Below, one piece after another: positions 37,304-50,557 of a stretch of DNA of 64,000 nucleotides. The notes under the pieces were generated by a model. It was not told the DNA's origin and searched no databases. It saw only the letters and a list, made by a program, of their open reading frames with translations. The translations under genes were made by a program, and so were the position numbers. The stretch spans positions 26,784,001 through 26,848,000 of the forward strand of contig NC_135667.1 in assembly GCF_964188315.1 (NCBI RefSeq), in the 5' to 3' direction. Position 1 is the stretch's first letter. Each line of letters opens with the position of its first letter. Source of the stretch: Podarcis muralis (taxonomy: Eukaryota).

Positions 37304-38260
37304 TCACTCATTGGAAAAAGAAATTGTCAGTTTCTTCCAAATTCGTCTTAGGGCTCTGTGAACTTCTTGGTTTCTCAAGCTGTAGATGAGAGGGTTGAGC
37401 AAAGGAGTCAAGACTGTATAGAAAATGGAGAAGACTTTATTGAGGTCTCTCAGGGTCGGGGTGTCCGGCAGCATGTAGACAATGATTAAATCACTATAAA
37501 ATAGGCAGACAACAATTAAATGAGAGGAGCAGGTTGAAAAGGCCTTTTTCCTTCCAGTGGTGGATGGGATCTTTAAGATGGTGGTGATGATGCAAGCGTA
37601 AGACGTGAGAGTCAATAGAAACGGGATGACGACAAAAATGAAATTAAAGAAAAGGACGAGGAATTCAATCATGCTTGTGTCACTGCATGACTTTTTTTCC
37701 AATGGGAAATAATCACATAAGTAATGATCTATGACACGGGGTTCGCAGAAGGATAGCTGAACCATGAAAATCAGCACAATGCTATTAGCCATCAAACCAT
37801 TTACCCATGCTCCCGCCATGAGCTGAAAACATAGTTTTCTATGCATAATAGTGGCATAGAGCAAAGGACTGCATATTGCCAGGTAGCGGTCATAGGACAT
37901 TACTGCCAAGAGAAACGTTTCTATCGCTACACAGCAGCCAAAGAAATAAAACTGGGCTATGCATCCACTAACAGAAATGTAACCGACACCAGTTAGTAAA
38001 TCGGCCAACATTTTGGGCACGATGATTGAGCTATAGCAAGTCTCCAGGCAAGACAAATTCCCCAGGAAGAAGTACATGGGGGTGTGCAGGTGCTGATCTG
38101 CCCAAACCAGAAAAAAGATCAGCAGGTTCCCAGCTGTTGTCGCAATATAAACCATCAGGAAGAGCAAGAAAAGAAAAGGCTGCAGCTCAGGGAGATTCCC
38201 AAATCCCAAGAGGATGAATTCCGTGATGACTGTTTGGTTTCCTTCTTTTATATCCAACAT
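37304..38260 (-). CDS. Olfactory receptor OR-A copy 3
   Basis: Intact; the protein appears identical to copy 2. Confidence 0.93.
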   Translation of the reverse strand: MLDIKEGNQTVITEFILLGFGNLPELQPFLFLLFLMVYIATTAGNLLIFFLVWADQHLHTPMYFFLGNLSCLETCYSSIIVPKMLADLLTGVGYISVSGCIAQFYFFGCCVAIETFLLAVMSYDRYLAICSPLLYATIMHRKLCFQLMAGAWVNGLMANSIVLIFMVQLSFCEPRVIDHYLCDYFPLEKKSCSDTSMIEFLVLFFNFIFVVIPFLLTLTSYACIITTILKIPSTTGRKKAFSTCSSHLIVVCLFYSDLIIVYMLPDTPTLRDLNKVFSIFYTVLTPLLNPLIYSLRNQEVHRALRRIWKKLTISFSNE

Positions 38261-41200
38261 TGTCTTTTTATCCAACAAATGTCACACCAACTTTAAAATC
38301 TAACCGGGAGGACATACGTTTTAGTGTAGGAGAAATATCAAGAACATTTTGTACATGAGCTCCTATTGTAACTGTGCAGTGTATTTTGAGTTAGGTTAGT
38401 CAATTTTGTTCCCCGCACTAGGAATGAAGCTATGGAATGTGATTGGTCTGAAGGTCACAACTTAGTTTAAATATGAAAGACCTGCAGTTGAAATCAACAA
38501 TTGAAAGTGCAGGCATTCTGAGCTTGTTCCCTAGGCAAGGAGAAGGGCATTTATATCTACAACAAACTGTTGCAGTGTGGAATTCTCCTGTTCCGTGTTC
38601 TACCCGGCCATGCCATGCCTCGTTTCAGGATACTGAATTCCCTCCCCATGGTTTCCCATTCACCATCACCAATAGGCAGTCAGCATTCTAAGGCCACTGA
38701 ATGAGTCCGGTCAAATATAAGGAGAGAATATATTTATTTACCCTTATTATCAGGTTAAAGTACATTCCAAGGTGTCATAGAATGAAGTCAGTGACTTCGA
38801 ACCAAATTTAAGGATTATATTCTGTCCTACTCAGAGCAGACCCAGGGAAACCATGGACTTGGTTGTGCCCATTCCAGTGGCTCTACTGAGGGAATGATTT
38901 AGTTGGATATATTTCAATATTACTGGGACTTCATTCCCATATAAATCATTGGGTCTTAGTTAAATCATGATTGCGTTTTTCATGGATTTCAAAGAGCAAC
39001 TTAGTCTAGAATAGATACAATCCATTATGATGATAAAAATAACATTAAAGAGCTGGATGTTCATGATAAATCATCATTCATGCACTCTATATGACATGGT
39101 ATATTTTTTTCAAAAAATAAGCTCAGCCTCTTTAATTGGGATAAAAAGGGAGGAGAGCAACACGGTAAACTACATTAGCTTGAGAGCATAGTCTTCACTT
39201 TTTTTCTTTACTGACAGTCAATTTAAAAATCATTGAATTAATGAATTTGTTTCCCTTAAAGTTAAAGAGGGCATTGAAAGATGGTACAATGCTGCCAAGA
39301 ATAGCAGTGTTCTAGAACTTACCTGTAGTAAGTCACTGTCACAATCACAGATGTCCCAGGATTCATTAGCACCATTTCTCCAAATCCTTTATAAAGAAAC
39401 TGACATCTTCTCACCTATGGTGAATGAGTATTCATAATATAGCTTCCCATAAGCACTTAAAGGAAATGATCCTGGGAGAGTGGCTGCTAATTTGCTGGCT
39501 TTCTGAACTGTATGAATGATGCAACCAGCCTCCTAAACCCAAGAGAGATACCTAGGTTATTTACCGTTCCATGGGATTTCTACATTGCCCAAAGCCTAGT
39601 ACTTCTGAGGGCTGGGCTTAAAATGTCCAGGTAATTAATTCTGGTAGTTCAAAATGTCTGATTTATACAGGGAAAAGGAGTTAGTATACCTGATCAGGCT
39701 GTAAGTGGAACTCTTAGTCAGGGACCATAGAACTGTGTCTTCTGTTTGAAAATTAAGATCTCCCTTTAAAATCTTATATCACTGTGACTACAGTATGTCT
39801 CACTCCTTTCTTGGTCCATGTTCTAGCAAAGCTATGGAGTTGAACCTTGAGATCAGAGAGTGAAAAGGGAATTCTAGTGGAGCTATGAGCGTCCCAACAA
39901 TTGAAAATCTGTAGTGCACTACAGCACTATTAAGGATCGTGACATAGGACAGGTGTGATCCAACTTCTACCTCTTCCCCCACTCCACTTCTGTGCCTAAC
40001 AGTAAGTTGGGAGAGGGGAATTTAAAGAGGGTTTCAGATAATGTTTTTGGCATGTGGCCCAGGTGTGAAGAGAAAGTGGACCCCCCCCCCCCTGAGCTGA
40101 CAGACCCACCCTATCATCTGGTCCAAAAACGGGTTCCTAGAGCTCAGTGGGCATAAACTCACCACAGTGCTTCAATTAGTGGAATTAGTACTACTACACC
40201 ACATCATACTCATTTCTTATTTGTATGAACTCAATTTTTTAGTGTGGCTTCCCCTGCACTTTAGAACTCCAAGCAGGTTCCTTCTGTGTACTCTTGTCAG
40301 TACCTGCTAAAAACATTCTTATTTAGACAAGCCTACCCAGATGCTTAGAAAATTGAGGTAATTTTAAACTGCTTTAGTATTTTAACTTTTGTGTGTTTAA
40401 GGTTGCAATTTTTTCTCGAGTTTATTGCTTGATCATTTCTGGAATCTGCTTTGAGGTTTTCGACAAACAAGTGGCATGTACATTTTATGAAATAAATAAA
40501 TGTAATGAAATAATTGGGCTACTTAATTGTGCAGGTCCCCAATATGTAGCCATAATAGCTCCTTTCAGGCGTGGCACTGAACACATGGACATCATGGAGT
40601 CAGGGTTGGTAGGGATATTCCTGAGGCCCAATGGCCCAGCAGGCTGGGAATTTATCCTTGCCCTGGACACCCGGCCAAGCAACGCTATTGGTCAGTTGGT
40701 CTTGTGCTTAGGGGAACACCCTCTAATTCCTGCCATCATTGGCCAATTTGGTGGCAGGAGGACGATCTAGCCTGCAATCTAGCCAGTTCACAGAGGAGAC
40801 CCGGGGTACACTTGCAAAGCTGCCCATCCAAGAAGAGGTAAACATACTTCCTGTTTCTCTCTCCACACATTCAGTGTATAGACGGAAAGGAAATGGTTTA
40901 AAAGGGGTACAGACAGCAGGGGATCTCCTTTAAATCAATGGTACTTGAGATTACAAAAAGCCAATGCATGCAAGTGTTCTTTTTCACACTATGTCACTGA
41001 TTGTGTCAGGTGTGTATGTCATGCATAATATAATCAATGTATTAGAAGGCAGGGTCAAACACACAAGGGAATAGCTACTTGTATGAAGGGGAAGACTGAA
41101 CTTGCTCCTCATATACAAATTTAAATAGTTGCAGATACTCCAGTCTAACTGGAATGGAGGGAAAGATGATTGAGAGCTAAATGATTATTACATGTAAACA

Positions 41201-41957
41201 AGACATGATGCTCACATCAGAAGTAAAGGATTCTGGAAAGAAATTTGCTTACACCTATGGAGGATAGCAAACAGAAGTGTCTCCTCCACAAGGGCAGAGC
41301 TGCAATGCTAGATTCCTGGCAGCTGCTTACTGGGAGGGGTAGAGATGAGGTTGGCAGAGGTTTATTCAGTGCAGGTGCATGGGCAGAACAAACTCTCCGC
41401 CACTTCACCACATCCTCCTGTCCTTCCTTGTAGGTAGCAGCAACACCATTTTCAGGAGGCTAGCATTGTGGCTCCACCAGGTGAATCACTTCTGATAGCA
41501 AAAAAATGTGTTGGAAAAGGAATGATACTGTTTGCCTCACCAGCATATTCCATCTCAGGTTTGCAAAAAATAAAAATAAAGACACACACACCCTTCTTTA
41601 TATGTGACTGTGGCAGGCATGAATATACCAGCACTTTAATTTGTCTCATACCCACATATGCACAACCCTTCACACTTTGATTTATTTATTTATTTTGGCA
41701 TAATTTCTATACACTTTCCTATTTATAAAATAATGCTTGCAACAAAAAGATGGGACCAATAATCAGCTAAGAACTACTATATACAAGTTGTCTATAAAGC
41801 CAAACCTACAACACTGGAAAAGCTATCTGCCATTACCAAGGAGGCAATCCAATGTGAATGCCTTTTGGGCATTACAACAGTATTAAGTAGGGTAATGTGT
41901 GTGTGATTTTTTCCCAAAGGAAAAAATAACATCCTCAACGAGGAGCAAAATCAACTT

Positions 41958-42944
41958 CTAGATAAACAAGCATATTAAACGATGGCCCTGCATTCTTTCC
42001 CAAATGCAACATTTAGTAAATGTTTTTCTGAAGGCTTCCTTGACCTCTCTATTTCTCAGGCTGTATATCAGGGGATTGAAGAAAGGTGTCAGGACTGTAT
42101 AGAAGAGAGAGAAGACTTTGTTGAGGTCTCGCAGGGCATCTGTTTTGGGCAACATGTAGACAATCATGATTGTGCCATAGAAAATGGACACCACAGTGAG
42201 GTGTGAGGAACAGGTCGAGAAGGCTTTCTGCCTCCCACTGGTGGAGGGGATTCTCACAATGGTAGATATGATATAGACATAAGATGTCAGGGTCAACAAG
42301 AAGGGAGGCAAGGAACATACCGCAGCCAGGAAGGTGGTTAAAAGTTCAATCACTTGTGTGTCGCTACATGAGAGCTTTAATATTGGATTGAAATCGCAAA
42401 AGAAGTGGCTGATTTCACTGCGGCCACAGAACCTTAGCTGGTGCATTAAATATATAGTCACGTTAATAGCCAATGAACCGCTGATCCAAGATGCAGCTAT
42501 TAGCTGGAGGCAAACTCTGCCATTCATCAGTACCGTATAGAGCAGTGGCTTACAAATTGCCACATACCTATCGTAGGACATTGCTGCTAGGAGATAACAT
42601 TCTGAGGCTGCCAAGAAGCCAAAGAAGTAATATTGGATCATGCATCCAGTTACAGAAATGGTTCTTGGACCTCCATCAGAGAGATTGGCCAGCATCATGG
42701 GAAGGATGTTGGAGCTGTAGCAGGTCTCCAGGCAGGACAGGTTTCCCAGGAAGAAGTACATGGGGGTGTGAAGGTGGCGATCAGCCACAACAAGCACGAC
42801 AATGAGAATATTCCCAAGCATGGTCACAATGTAGATCACTAAGAAGAGCAGGAAGAGAGGAAACCGAAGCTCTCCTAGATCTCCAAATCCCAGCAGAAGG
42901 AATTCAGTGAGGACTGTTTGATTTCTCAATTCTGCTTTTGCCAT
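41958..42944 (-). CDS. Olfactory receptor OR-D
   Basis: 328-aa ORF with LHTPMY, MSYDRYVAIC, KAFSTC and NPLIYSLRN; an acceptor (tctttccag) lies just upstream of the ATG. Confidence 0.95.
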   Translation of the reverse strand: MAKAELRNQTVLTEFLLLGFGDLGELRFPLFLLFLVIYIVTMLGNILIVVLVVADRHLHTPMYFFLGNLSCLETCYSSNILPMMLANLSDGGPRTISVTGCMIQYYFFGFLAASECYLLAAMSYDRYVAICKPLLYTVLMNGRVCLQLIAASWISGSLAINVTIYLMHQLRFCGRSEISHFFCDFNPILKLSCSDTQVIELLTTFLAAVCSLPPFLLTLTSYVYIISTIVRIPSTSGRQKAFSTCSSHLTVVSIFYGTIMIVYMLPKTDALRDLNKVFSLFYTVLTPFFNPLIYSLRNREVKEAFRKTFTKCCIWERMQGHRLICLFI

Positions 42945-43454
42945 TGTATTAGCTTCACACCTGGAAAGATTAGATAAACTCTACTTCAGATGGGTGGAAA
43001 GGATTAATATACAATAGCCCTTTTCATCTGCACCCATAAGATTTAGATGTTGGCAGTTATACAGCAGGTATTAAACTAGAGAGAGGTAGAGAGAAGAGGA
43101 TGGGAGGAGGTTTTCCAGGACAACTTTTCAAGTCATAAGTAAACACAGCTAGAGGGTTCAAACAAATCTTTTTCCTCTCCATCACTAGGATTTTTTAACA
43201 GGACCTAGGTTGACCATGATGCACATTATCCTTAATAATATATTTGCTTTTTAATTCTTCATTAATAGTAGCAAATACTAGGGATGGACAAACCTCACAA
43301 TTTCAATTTCTCTTAGTTTTTCTTTTCTGTCTTATACTTGGTTCACATTTCCACACCGTGAAAACATTCACACAATTTTATTTTGTGCACATTTCACCTA
43401 ACATACACTTGCCTGCACACAAGGCAACCAATCTAGAATGAGGCTGCCAGACTG

Positions 43455-43883
43455 ATGACTGGGAGCGGCCACCAGGACCGTATAGCACCAGTCCTAAATG
43501 ATCTATATTATCTCCCATTACATTTCCGAGCACAATTCAAAGTGTTGGTGCTAACCTTTAAAGCCCTAAATGGCCCTTGGCCCTGTATACCTGAAAAAAC
43601 ATCTCCACCCTCATCGTTCAGCCCAGTCATTGAATTCCAGGTCTGAGCATCTTCTGGCGGTTCTTTCACTGCGAGAAGTGAAGTTACAGGAAACCAGGCG
43701 GAAGGCCTTCTTGGTAGTTGCACCCACTCTGTGAAACACCCTCCCATCAGATGTCAAAGAGATGAACATTTATCTGGCATCTGAAGGCAGCCTGTATAGG
43801 GAAGTTTTTAATGTTTGGTGCTTTAATTTGCTGGAAGCAACTCAGAGTGGCTGGGGCAACCCAGTCAAATGGGTGGCATATAA

Positions 43884-43926
<43 letters not shown>
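43455..43926 (+). mobile_element. L2-clade LINE 3' fragment with (TTA)n tail
   Basis: PLHFRAQFKVLVLTFKALNG; same family as 5374-5890. Confidence 0.85.
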
Positions 43927-43927
<1 letters not shown>

Positions 43928-44673
43928 GTCACAGGTTTAATCCCCATACATGACAACTGCTTATTCCTGCATTGCAGGAGGTTGGATTAGATTATCCTCA
44001 GGGTCCCTTCCAACTCTACAGTTCTATTATTCTATTATTTTATTTATGACACCTACATTTGTCCTTATGTACAAATGGCTTTTAATGCCCATTGTGCCTT
44101 TAGAGTTTCAATCCAAGCACATGGCAACCTCTTGCCAGCCATGTCCAGATGCTTCTGTTTCTTTCTTTTTTTTCCCCCCTTCCTCCTATCTCATTCTTAC
44201 ACATCAATGGAAAAGCCATTGGTTTGCTTACCTTATTCCTCATTATCGCTGTTTTCATGTCTCAGTTGACTGTAGTGTGTTTGCTTTGATTAATAACATT
44301 TTTAAAAATGTATAGATTGCAACATGCCCATAGTGCTGGAATTCAATTTACTTCTTCTGCTGTATCTCTGTTCTGAAAACAGCCTCTTCTCATTTTCCCC
44401 ATCTTATTCCTGACCTCAGTTCATTCTTGAAATTAAAAAAGGCATTTTTGTTTTCAGTGTTTCTTCTCTCCATATATATTCCATCAGAATGATTATCCTT
44501 CTTGGTGCATTGCATCTCTCTCTTCCCACAGGGAAATCACAGTCTCCTTTGACATCATTTTAGTAATAGGTGTTTTAATGCTAGAAGCAGCAAACTACCG
44601 GTACTTATGTACTTAAGCATATTGCAATTAAACTACTGACTTCAAAGCTTGCTCTTTTTTAAAGAATATCATA

Positions 44674-44840
44674 TAGGAACATAGAAAGCTGCCTCATAAT
44701 GAGTCAGGCCATTGGTCAATTCAGTATTGTTTGTACTGACAGAAGCTCCCAAGGGTTTAAGGCAGAGAGATGCCATGCAATGAATCTAGGACCTTCTCTA
44801 CTCTAGGAAGATGCTCTGTCACTGAGCTATGGCCCTTCCC
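44674..44840 (-). mobile_element. Squam3-like tRNA SINE (another at 56334-56521)
   Basis: gggaagggccatagctcagt head and ttccta tail. Confidence 0.7.
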
Positions 44841-45132
44841 CTTTGAGTTTCCCTGGAAGAAATCAGCAGTAAGCAAACAGAGTAAACAATGGCTCAAAAC
44901 AGAAAGAGGCAAATTAATGTATTTTATGCTCTACTGTAAGTGGGCTTACAGGAATGTGCATACTGGAATTTGTCCTCACTTTGTACACATCATAGTGTGG
45001 CTGTGGCAGCATAAGTTGTTGAACCATGGGAGGGAAGAGAGTTGTGTGAATGAGCTAACCCTGTGCCCCTCCTTGTAAAATTATTGAAATGTATGAAACT
45101 GAAAATCATAATTAATATTATAATAAAAAATA

Positions 45133-45373
45133 TAGTGGTACCTTGGGTTACGAACTTAATTCGTTCTGGAGGTCTGTTCTTAACCCGAAACCATTCTTAA
45201 GCTGAGGTGTGCTTTCGCTAATGGGGCCTCCCATTGCCGCCACACCGCCGGCGTGCAGTTTCTGTTCTCATCATGGGGCAAAGTTCTCAACCCGAGGTAC
45301 TACTTCTGGGTTAGCGGAGTTTGTAACCCAAAGTGTTTGTAACCTGAAGCGTTTGTAACCCAAGGTACCACTG
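45133..45373. mobile_element. Tc1/mariner MITE
   Basis: TIR family of 17739-17980, with TA flanks. Confidence 0.85.
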
Positions 45374-45397
45374 TAATAATTTTATGACAGAATAAAA

Positions 45398-45768
45398 AAA
45401 GGAAAGGACCCCTGACAGTTAAGTCCATTTGCAGACGACTCTGGGGTTGCGACACTCATCTTGCTTTACAGGCCGAGGGAGCCGGCGTTTGTCCACAGAC
45501 AGTTTTTCTGGGTCATGTGGTCAGCATGACTAAGCTGCTTCTGGCGGAATGGAACACCGAAAGCAGAGCAGCGCACGGAAATGCCATTTACCTTCCCGCC
45601 TATTTATCTACTTGCCCCCCCTTTTTTGACATGCTTTCGAACTGCTAGGTTGGCAGGAGCTGGGACCAAGCAACTGGAGCTCACCCCATTGCAGGGATTT
45701 GAACCACCAACCTTCTGATCGGCAAGCCCAAGAGGCTCAGTGATTTAGACCACAGTCCACCTGCATCC
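45398..45768 (-). mobile_element. Sauria SINE (older)
   Basis: Reverse-complement match to 16254-16610. Confidence 0.85.
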
Positions 45769-45958
45769 AAAACACAGTACAAAACACAAGTACACACAAC
45801 ATACTGTGCAATAGTTCCTATCTCTGTGCGGTTCTGTGTCCTTGTTCATCATCAGTGAAATGGGTACCTTCATTTGTACAAGGAATTAAATGGAATGGAA
45901 ACCAATGTGAGAACATGTTTTTCCCTGCTGCAGACTATAGGGACAAAACAATATAGTA

Positions 45959-46737
45959 AGGTAAAGGTAAAGGTACCCCTGCCCATATGGGCTAGTCTTG
46001 ACAGACTCTAGGGTTGTGCGCCCATCTCACTTAAGAGGCCAGGGGCCAGCACTGTCCGGAGACACTTCTGGGTCATGTGGTCAGCTTGACATCACTGCTC
46101 TGGCGAGCCAGCGCAGCACACGGAACGCCGTTTACCTTCCCGCTAGTAAGCGGTCCCTATTTATCTACTGGACCATAAAGAAGGCTGATCGCCGAAGAAT
46201 TGATGCTTTTGAATTATGGTGCTGGAGAAGACTCTTGAGAGTCCCATGGACTGCAAGAAGATCAAACGCATCCATTCTGAAGGAAATCAGCCCTGAGTGC
46301 TCACTGGAAGGACAGATCGTGAAGTTGAGGCTCCAGTACTTTGGCCACCTCATGAGAAGAGAAGACTCCCTGGAGAAGACACTGATGCTGGGAAAGATGG
46401 AGGGCACAAGGAGAAGGGGGCGACAGAGGACGAGATGGTTGGATAGTGTTTTCAAGGTTACCAGCATGAGTCTGACCAAACTGCGGGAAGTAGTGGAGGA
46501 CAGAGGTGCCTGGCGTGCTCTGGTCCATGGGGTCACGAAGAGTCGGACACGACTAAACGACTAAACAACAACAAAATTTATCTACTTGCACCCGAGGGTG
46601 CTTTCGAACTGCTAGGTTGGCAGGCACTGGGACCGAGCGACAGGAGCGCACCCCGCTGCGGGGATTCGAACCGCCGACCTTTCGATTGGCAAGTCCTAGG
46701 CGCTGAGGCTTTAACCCACAGCGCCACCCACGTCCCT
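45959..46737 (-). mobile_element. Sauria SINE carrying a nested BovB fragment
   Basis: TSD aacaat(a/g)tagta at 45947-45958 and 46738-46749. Confidence 0.9.
46170..46575 (+). mobile_element. BovB 3' fragment nested in the SINE
   Basis: 11-bp TSD atttatctact at 46159-46169 and 46576-46586. Confidence 0.92.
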
Positions 46738-47891
46738 AACAATGTAGTATGATGGGGTAATTAAGCCCTCCTCATCAAGGGTTTCATAAGCTGGGCCAAC
46801 TCATTTCCTCCCCAAGCTTTCCCCTAAAGTTTGTTATCCTTATGGAAACTTTGAACTTACCCTGAGCCCATTGATACCTCCCTCCTGAATGTGTGTGGCT
46901 GATTTGCTTACGTTAGCAACATTGGCCTGAGAATTGGCCATTGAAGGAATGGCATAGCACTCAACACAACACTGTTTTTGAAAATGAACGCTTGCCACGA
47001 AGGCTGCTCCATTGCAGCAAATGGGGCACTGCCCCACCAACCTCATTCTTCCCTCAACCAGCCCCCAACTGCCTGCCTTCTTGCACCTAGTCCAGGGAAA
47101 GGCACTGCTTATGGCAGCTTCCTTCTCCTTATTATCAGTCTTCCCAGTTGTAGAACATAACAGGGAGGCGGATGGGGACCAGAGCAGAATTAATTGGCTC
47201 TGCTCATCATTGGCTCTGACTCCACCTCCTGTTGGGATCTCTTCCCCATGAGTTCCAAAAGTCATCAGCCACCAATGTTCATTTGAAAATGTCATTTAGA
47301 ACAACAGTGACGACAACAACAAAAATACTACTTCCTCATTCACAGTTAAATAGTGTCCAGGGGATAACCAGCCTTCCTCTGGAAAAGATATTAAAAAACA
47401 TGGAGCAGAGCATTTAGAAATACAAGCATTCAAAGCTGCTCGATTCAATATCTGCACAAACCAAAAGAGGAAGTATTTACCACCTTCTTCTTGGGGAAAA
47501 AACCCATACGGTAAAGGAATAAGCCATTATCGCTAGTTTGATATCATAACAGTAGGTAAGAAACATTTCATTAACTGTCTCATACAGGAGTGTGATGTAA
47601 GAAGATAATGAACACTGTTGGAAACAGGATGCTGGATGAGGTGGGTTTTTGGTCTGGCCCAGCAGGGTGTCCTGTGTGTGTTTATCCTCTTATAAATGTC
47701 ATATTTATTTCTCTCGAAAGCGTTTTCACATCAATGTTTTCCAGTACTGTTACCATAAAGACCATCGACCCAGCCTTTCTTTTGCTGTTGTCAGTAAAAT
47801 TGCATTTTTCTTTTCTTTTTTATCTTTTCATTCTCTATTTGTAGCTACCTGCACTGAAAGCATGTTTAATGTTTTGTTTGATTTATGGCAG

Positions 47892-48869
47892 ATGCATTCC
47901 ATGAGTAGCATCCGAGAGAAAAACCAAACGATCATAACGCATTTCGTCCTGCTGGGGTTTAGCGATCTCCAGGATCTGCAGATATTCACCTTCCTGATCT
48001 TTCTGTCCATCTACCTTGTGACCATGGCTGGGAATATCCTCATTGTTGTTCTAGTCATTTCTGACCAGCACCTTCACACACCCATGTACTTCTTTGTGGG
48101 TAACCTATCCTGCTTAGAGACCTGCTACAGCTCAACCATTCTGCCAAGAATGCTAGCCAGCCTGCTATCCGGGGACAGAACCATTTCTGCAAAAGGATGC
48201 ATGCTGCAGTTCTGGCTCTTTGCATTTCTAGCAGCAACAGAATGTTATCTCCTGGCGGTGATGTCTTATGATCGCTATCTTGCGGTTTGCAAACCGCTGC
48301 ACTATGCAGCCCTTATGGACAACCGTCTCTGTGTCCAGTTAGTGCTCATATCTTGGCTAAGTGGCTCGTTAGTAGTCACCACAATTACACTAACAATGGC
48401 ACAGTTCAGTTTTTGTGCTCCATACGAAATAGACCATTTCTTTTGTGATTTCATGCCATTGATACAACACCTCTGCAGCGGTGCCCATTTTCTTCTGTTG
48501 TCCAGTTTCATCACTACCTCTGTGTTTACCTTTCCACCATTTCTGCTGACCATTGCTTCGTACATTTACATCATCACTGCAATTCTGAGAATCCCATCTG
48601 CCACGGGGAGGAAGAAAGCCTTTTCCACCTGTTCCTCCCACCTCTCTGTAGTCACTATCTTTTACGGGGCATTAATAGTAGTGTACATGTTCCCAAATAC
48701 AGACACGCTGAGCCAAATGAACAAAGTCTTCTCTCTCTTCTACACAGTCTTTACACCTCTGATCAATCCTCTGATATACAGCTTGAGGAACAAGGAGGTG
48801 AGCAAGTCTCTGAAAAGAGCCATCGACAAATGCGTGCCAACACAAAAGCTCACAATAATTTCTCATTAA
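47892..48869 (+). CDS. Olfactory receptor OR-E (divergent from OR-D)
   Basis: Full OR motif set. The likely start is 47892 or 47901; the 47649 extension is an alternative-start artefact running through intron-like sequence. Confidence 0.93.
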   Translation: MHSMSSIREKNQTIITHFVLLGFSDLQDLQIFTFLIFLSIYLVTMAGNILIVVLVISDQHLHTPMYFFVGNLSCLETCYSSTILPRMLASLLSGDRTISAKGCMLQFWLFAFLAATECYLLAVMSYDRYLAVCKPLHYAALMDNRLCVQLVLISWLSGSLVVTTITLTMAQFSFCAPYEIDHFFCDFMPLIQHLCSGAHFLLLSSFITTSVFTFPPFLLTIASYIYIITAILRIPSATGRKKAFSTCSSHLSVVTIFYGALIVVYMFPNTDTLSQMNKVFSLFYTVFTPLINPLIYSLRNKEVSKSLKRAIDKCVPTQKLTIISH

Positions 48870-50149
48870 AGTAAATGGGTGTGTGAGACACAGGGCACTT
48901 ACACACAGTGGTTTATTGTAGATGTGGTGCTTCTCATGCAAGCATTTTTTCCCCAGCATCCACATGATTTTATCCTCACCAAAATGCCATGCCATATGCC
49001 CTCCATTTAATCTGTATTTACAGCTTCCATGTTTGTTTTTGTTTTGTTTTTTGTTACCTAATGGGCCTGAGTTTAAATGGGATTCTGATACATCTGGATT
49101 AAATTGGAAAATAATATTAGATGGTTTTTTAAAATAAAATAAAATATTGGGTTACAAAAATACCTGCATTATCTCTTTTTCAGGTCATAGAGCCATTTTA
49201 CTTACCAGTTGCATTCAGTGTGAGACATTAATGTTGCATACAGTGTGATGTTGGGGGGAAAGAGAAAGGGGAGAGAGTGAGAGTAGTTCCATTGAAATTA
49301 ATGAGCCTGAGTTAGTCATGGTGATTAATTTCAATGGGGGTCCTCAGAATAAAAAATAGATGAATGCAATCCACTGCTTTTTAAACCTCTCATTATTCTG
49401 TCTGCAAAAGAGGTCCTTGAAACTTTCGTGTCTGCATAATGACGAAAGGTAACGTCTCATTTCCACTGTGGATTATACTTCACCTCTGGTCTTTTGCTGT
49501 ATGAAGGAAGCCTGGGGAGATTTGTTTCCCTCCCTATGTAACTTAAATTAAGCAAAGTAAAAATCAATGGGGAGTTTTGCATCCTTAACTAAACCTTTGA
49601 GAACTACTTGCTCAACATGATGTCTTATAACTTCCAGGAGACACTATACTGCAGCCTTCACCAATGGCTGGGGCTAATGAGAACTGTAGTCCAAAAGACC
49701 TGGCAGGAACCACATTGAATAAGGCTACTTTACAGCTAACAAGAAGTAGATCTTCCCTGTTCTGTTCATTCTTTGGGGTAGATTTGAATGATCCTTCACA
49801 CACACACTCCAATCTGTTCAGGAAGAGATTGCTCAAAGCTCTTCCTCTTCCACCCAGCACCACTTCTGCTTCTATGCATGGGTACAAATTGTCTGACAAC
49901 ATGTGTTTTAACTGTGCAATCTCTCTCAGCATGATCCACTCTACAGTGTAGCTGTGAAGATACATTTGTATGTGTTTGGGTGGGTGCCTTGAGTCTGCTA
50001 AATTACTGGGTATAGTGGGTGTTGGTGTTTAATCACTGCTTGGAGTATTGAGATTGGCTGCCACACACTGAATTTAGAGGTGTCAAAATACAGGCCAACC
50101 AGTTTTTCCATTCTCAGGAAATCATCATGGAGAACAAAAGGAAGTTAAT

Positions 50150-50557
50150 GGGAGATTAACCAAGCAGATACTCTGTGTCAGACAGTAGATGGGTGTGAGA
50201 GATAGCAGAGACAAAGCAGAGTTGGCTAGCATGTGGGCTAGAGAGAAAAAGTGTCAATCGGTTAAAGCCAGCAAGCTGAGCAGTGAGCCATGTTTGATTT
50301 GAGCTGGACAGTGAGCCATGTTTCATTTCTTTTTTGATCCAAGGCTGAATCAATGGGAGAAACTGGACCCTATTGGAGTGCAATGCTTTGAACCCCTCCA
50401 TCATAGGCTCAGGTTGCATATATGTGTAAATAAGCCATACATAATAAATACACTACAGTCTCCGCTATGCTTCATTTCCAAAGGAAACACAAACCCTGAC
50501 TAAGTGTCTGGACCCCTGCAATTTTGCACTACTCTGAGATTAGGGTGGCATGTAACG
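50150..50557 (+). mobile_element. Possible degraded solo LTR
   Basis: LTR-like layout with aataaa and an end resembling gtggcatgtaac. The left boundary and TSD were not resolved. Confidence 0.35.

Larger units (their letters stand above)
25824..39510. repeat. Recent tandem segmental duplication, copy II
   Basis: As for copy I, plus a private hAT MITE and small indels. Confidence 0.92.

Noticed and set aside
45998-46564. 188-aa ORF as a novel gene
   Set aside because: It is a chance fusion of antisense SINE sequence with a BovB ORF fragment.
47649-47891. Long N-terminal extensions of OR ORFs (also 15757-15822 and 4091-4120)
   Set aside because: They arise from GTG/TTG starts in the ORF track and run through polypyrimidine acceptors.
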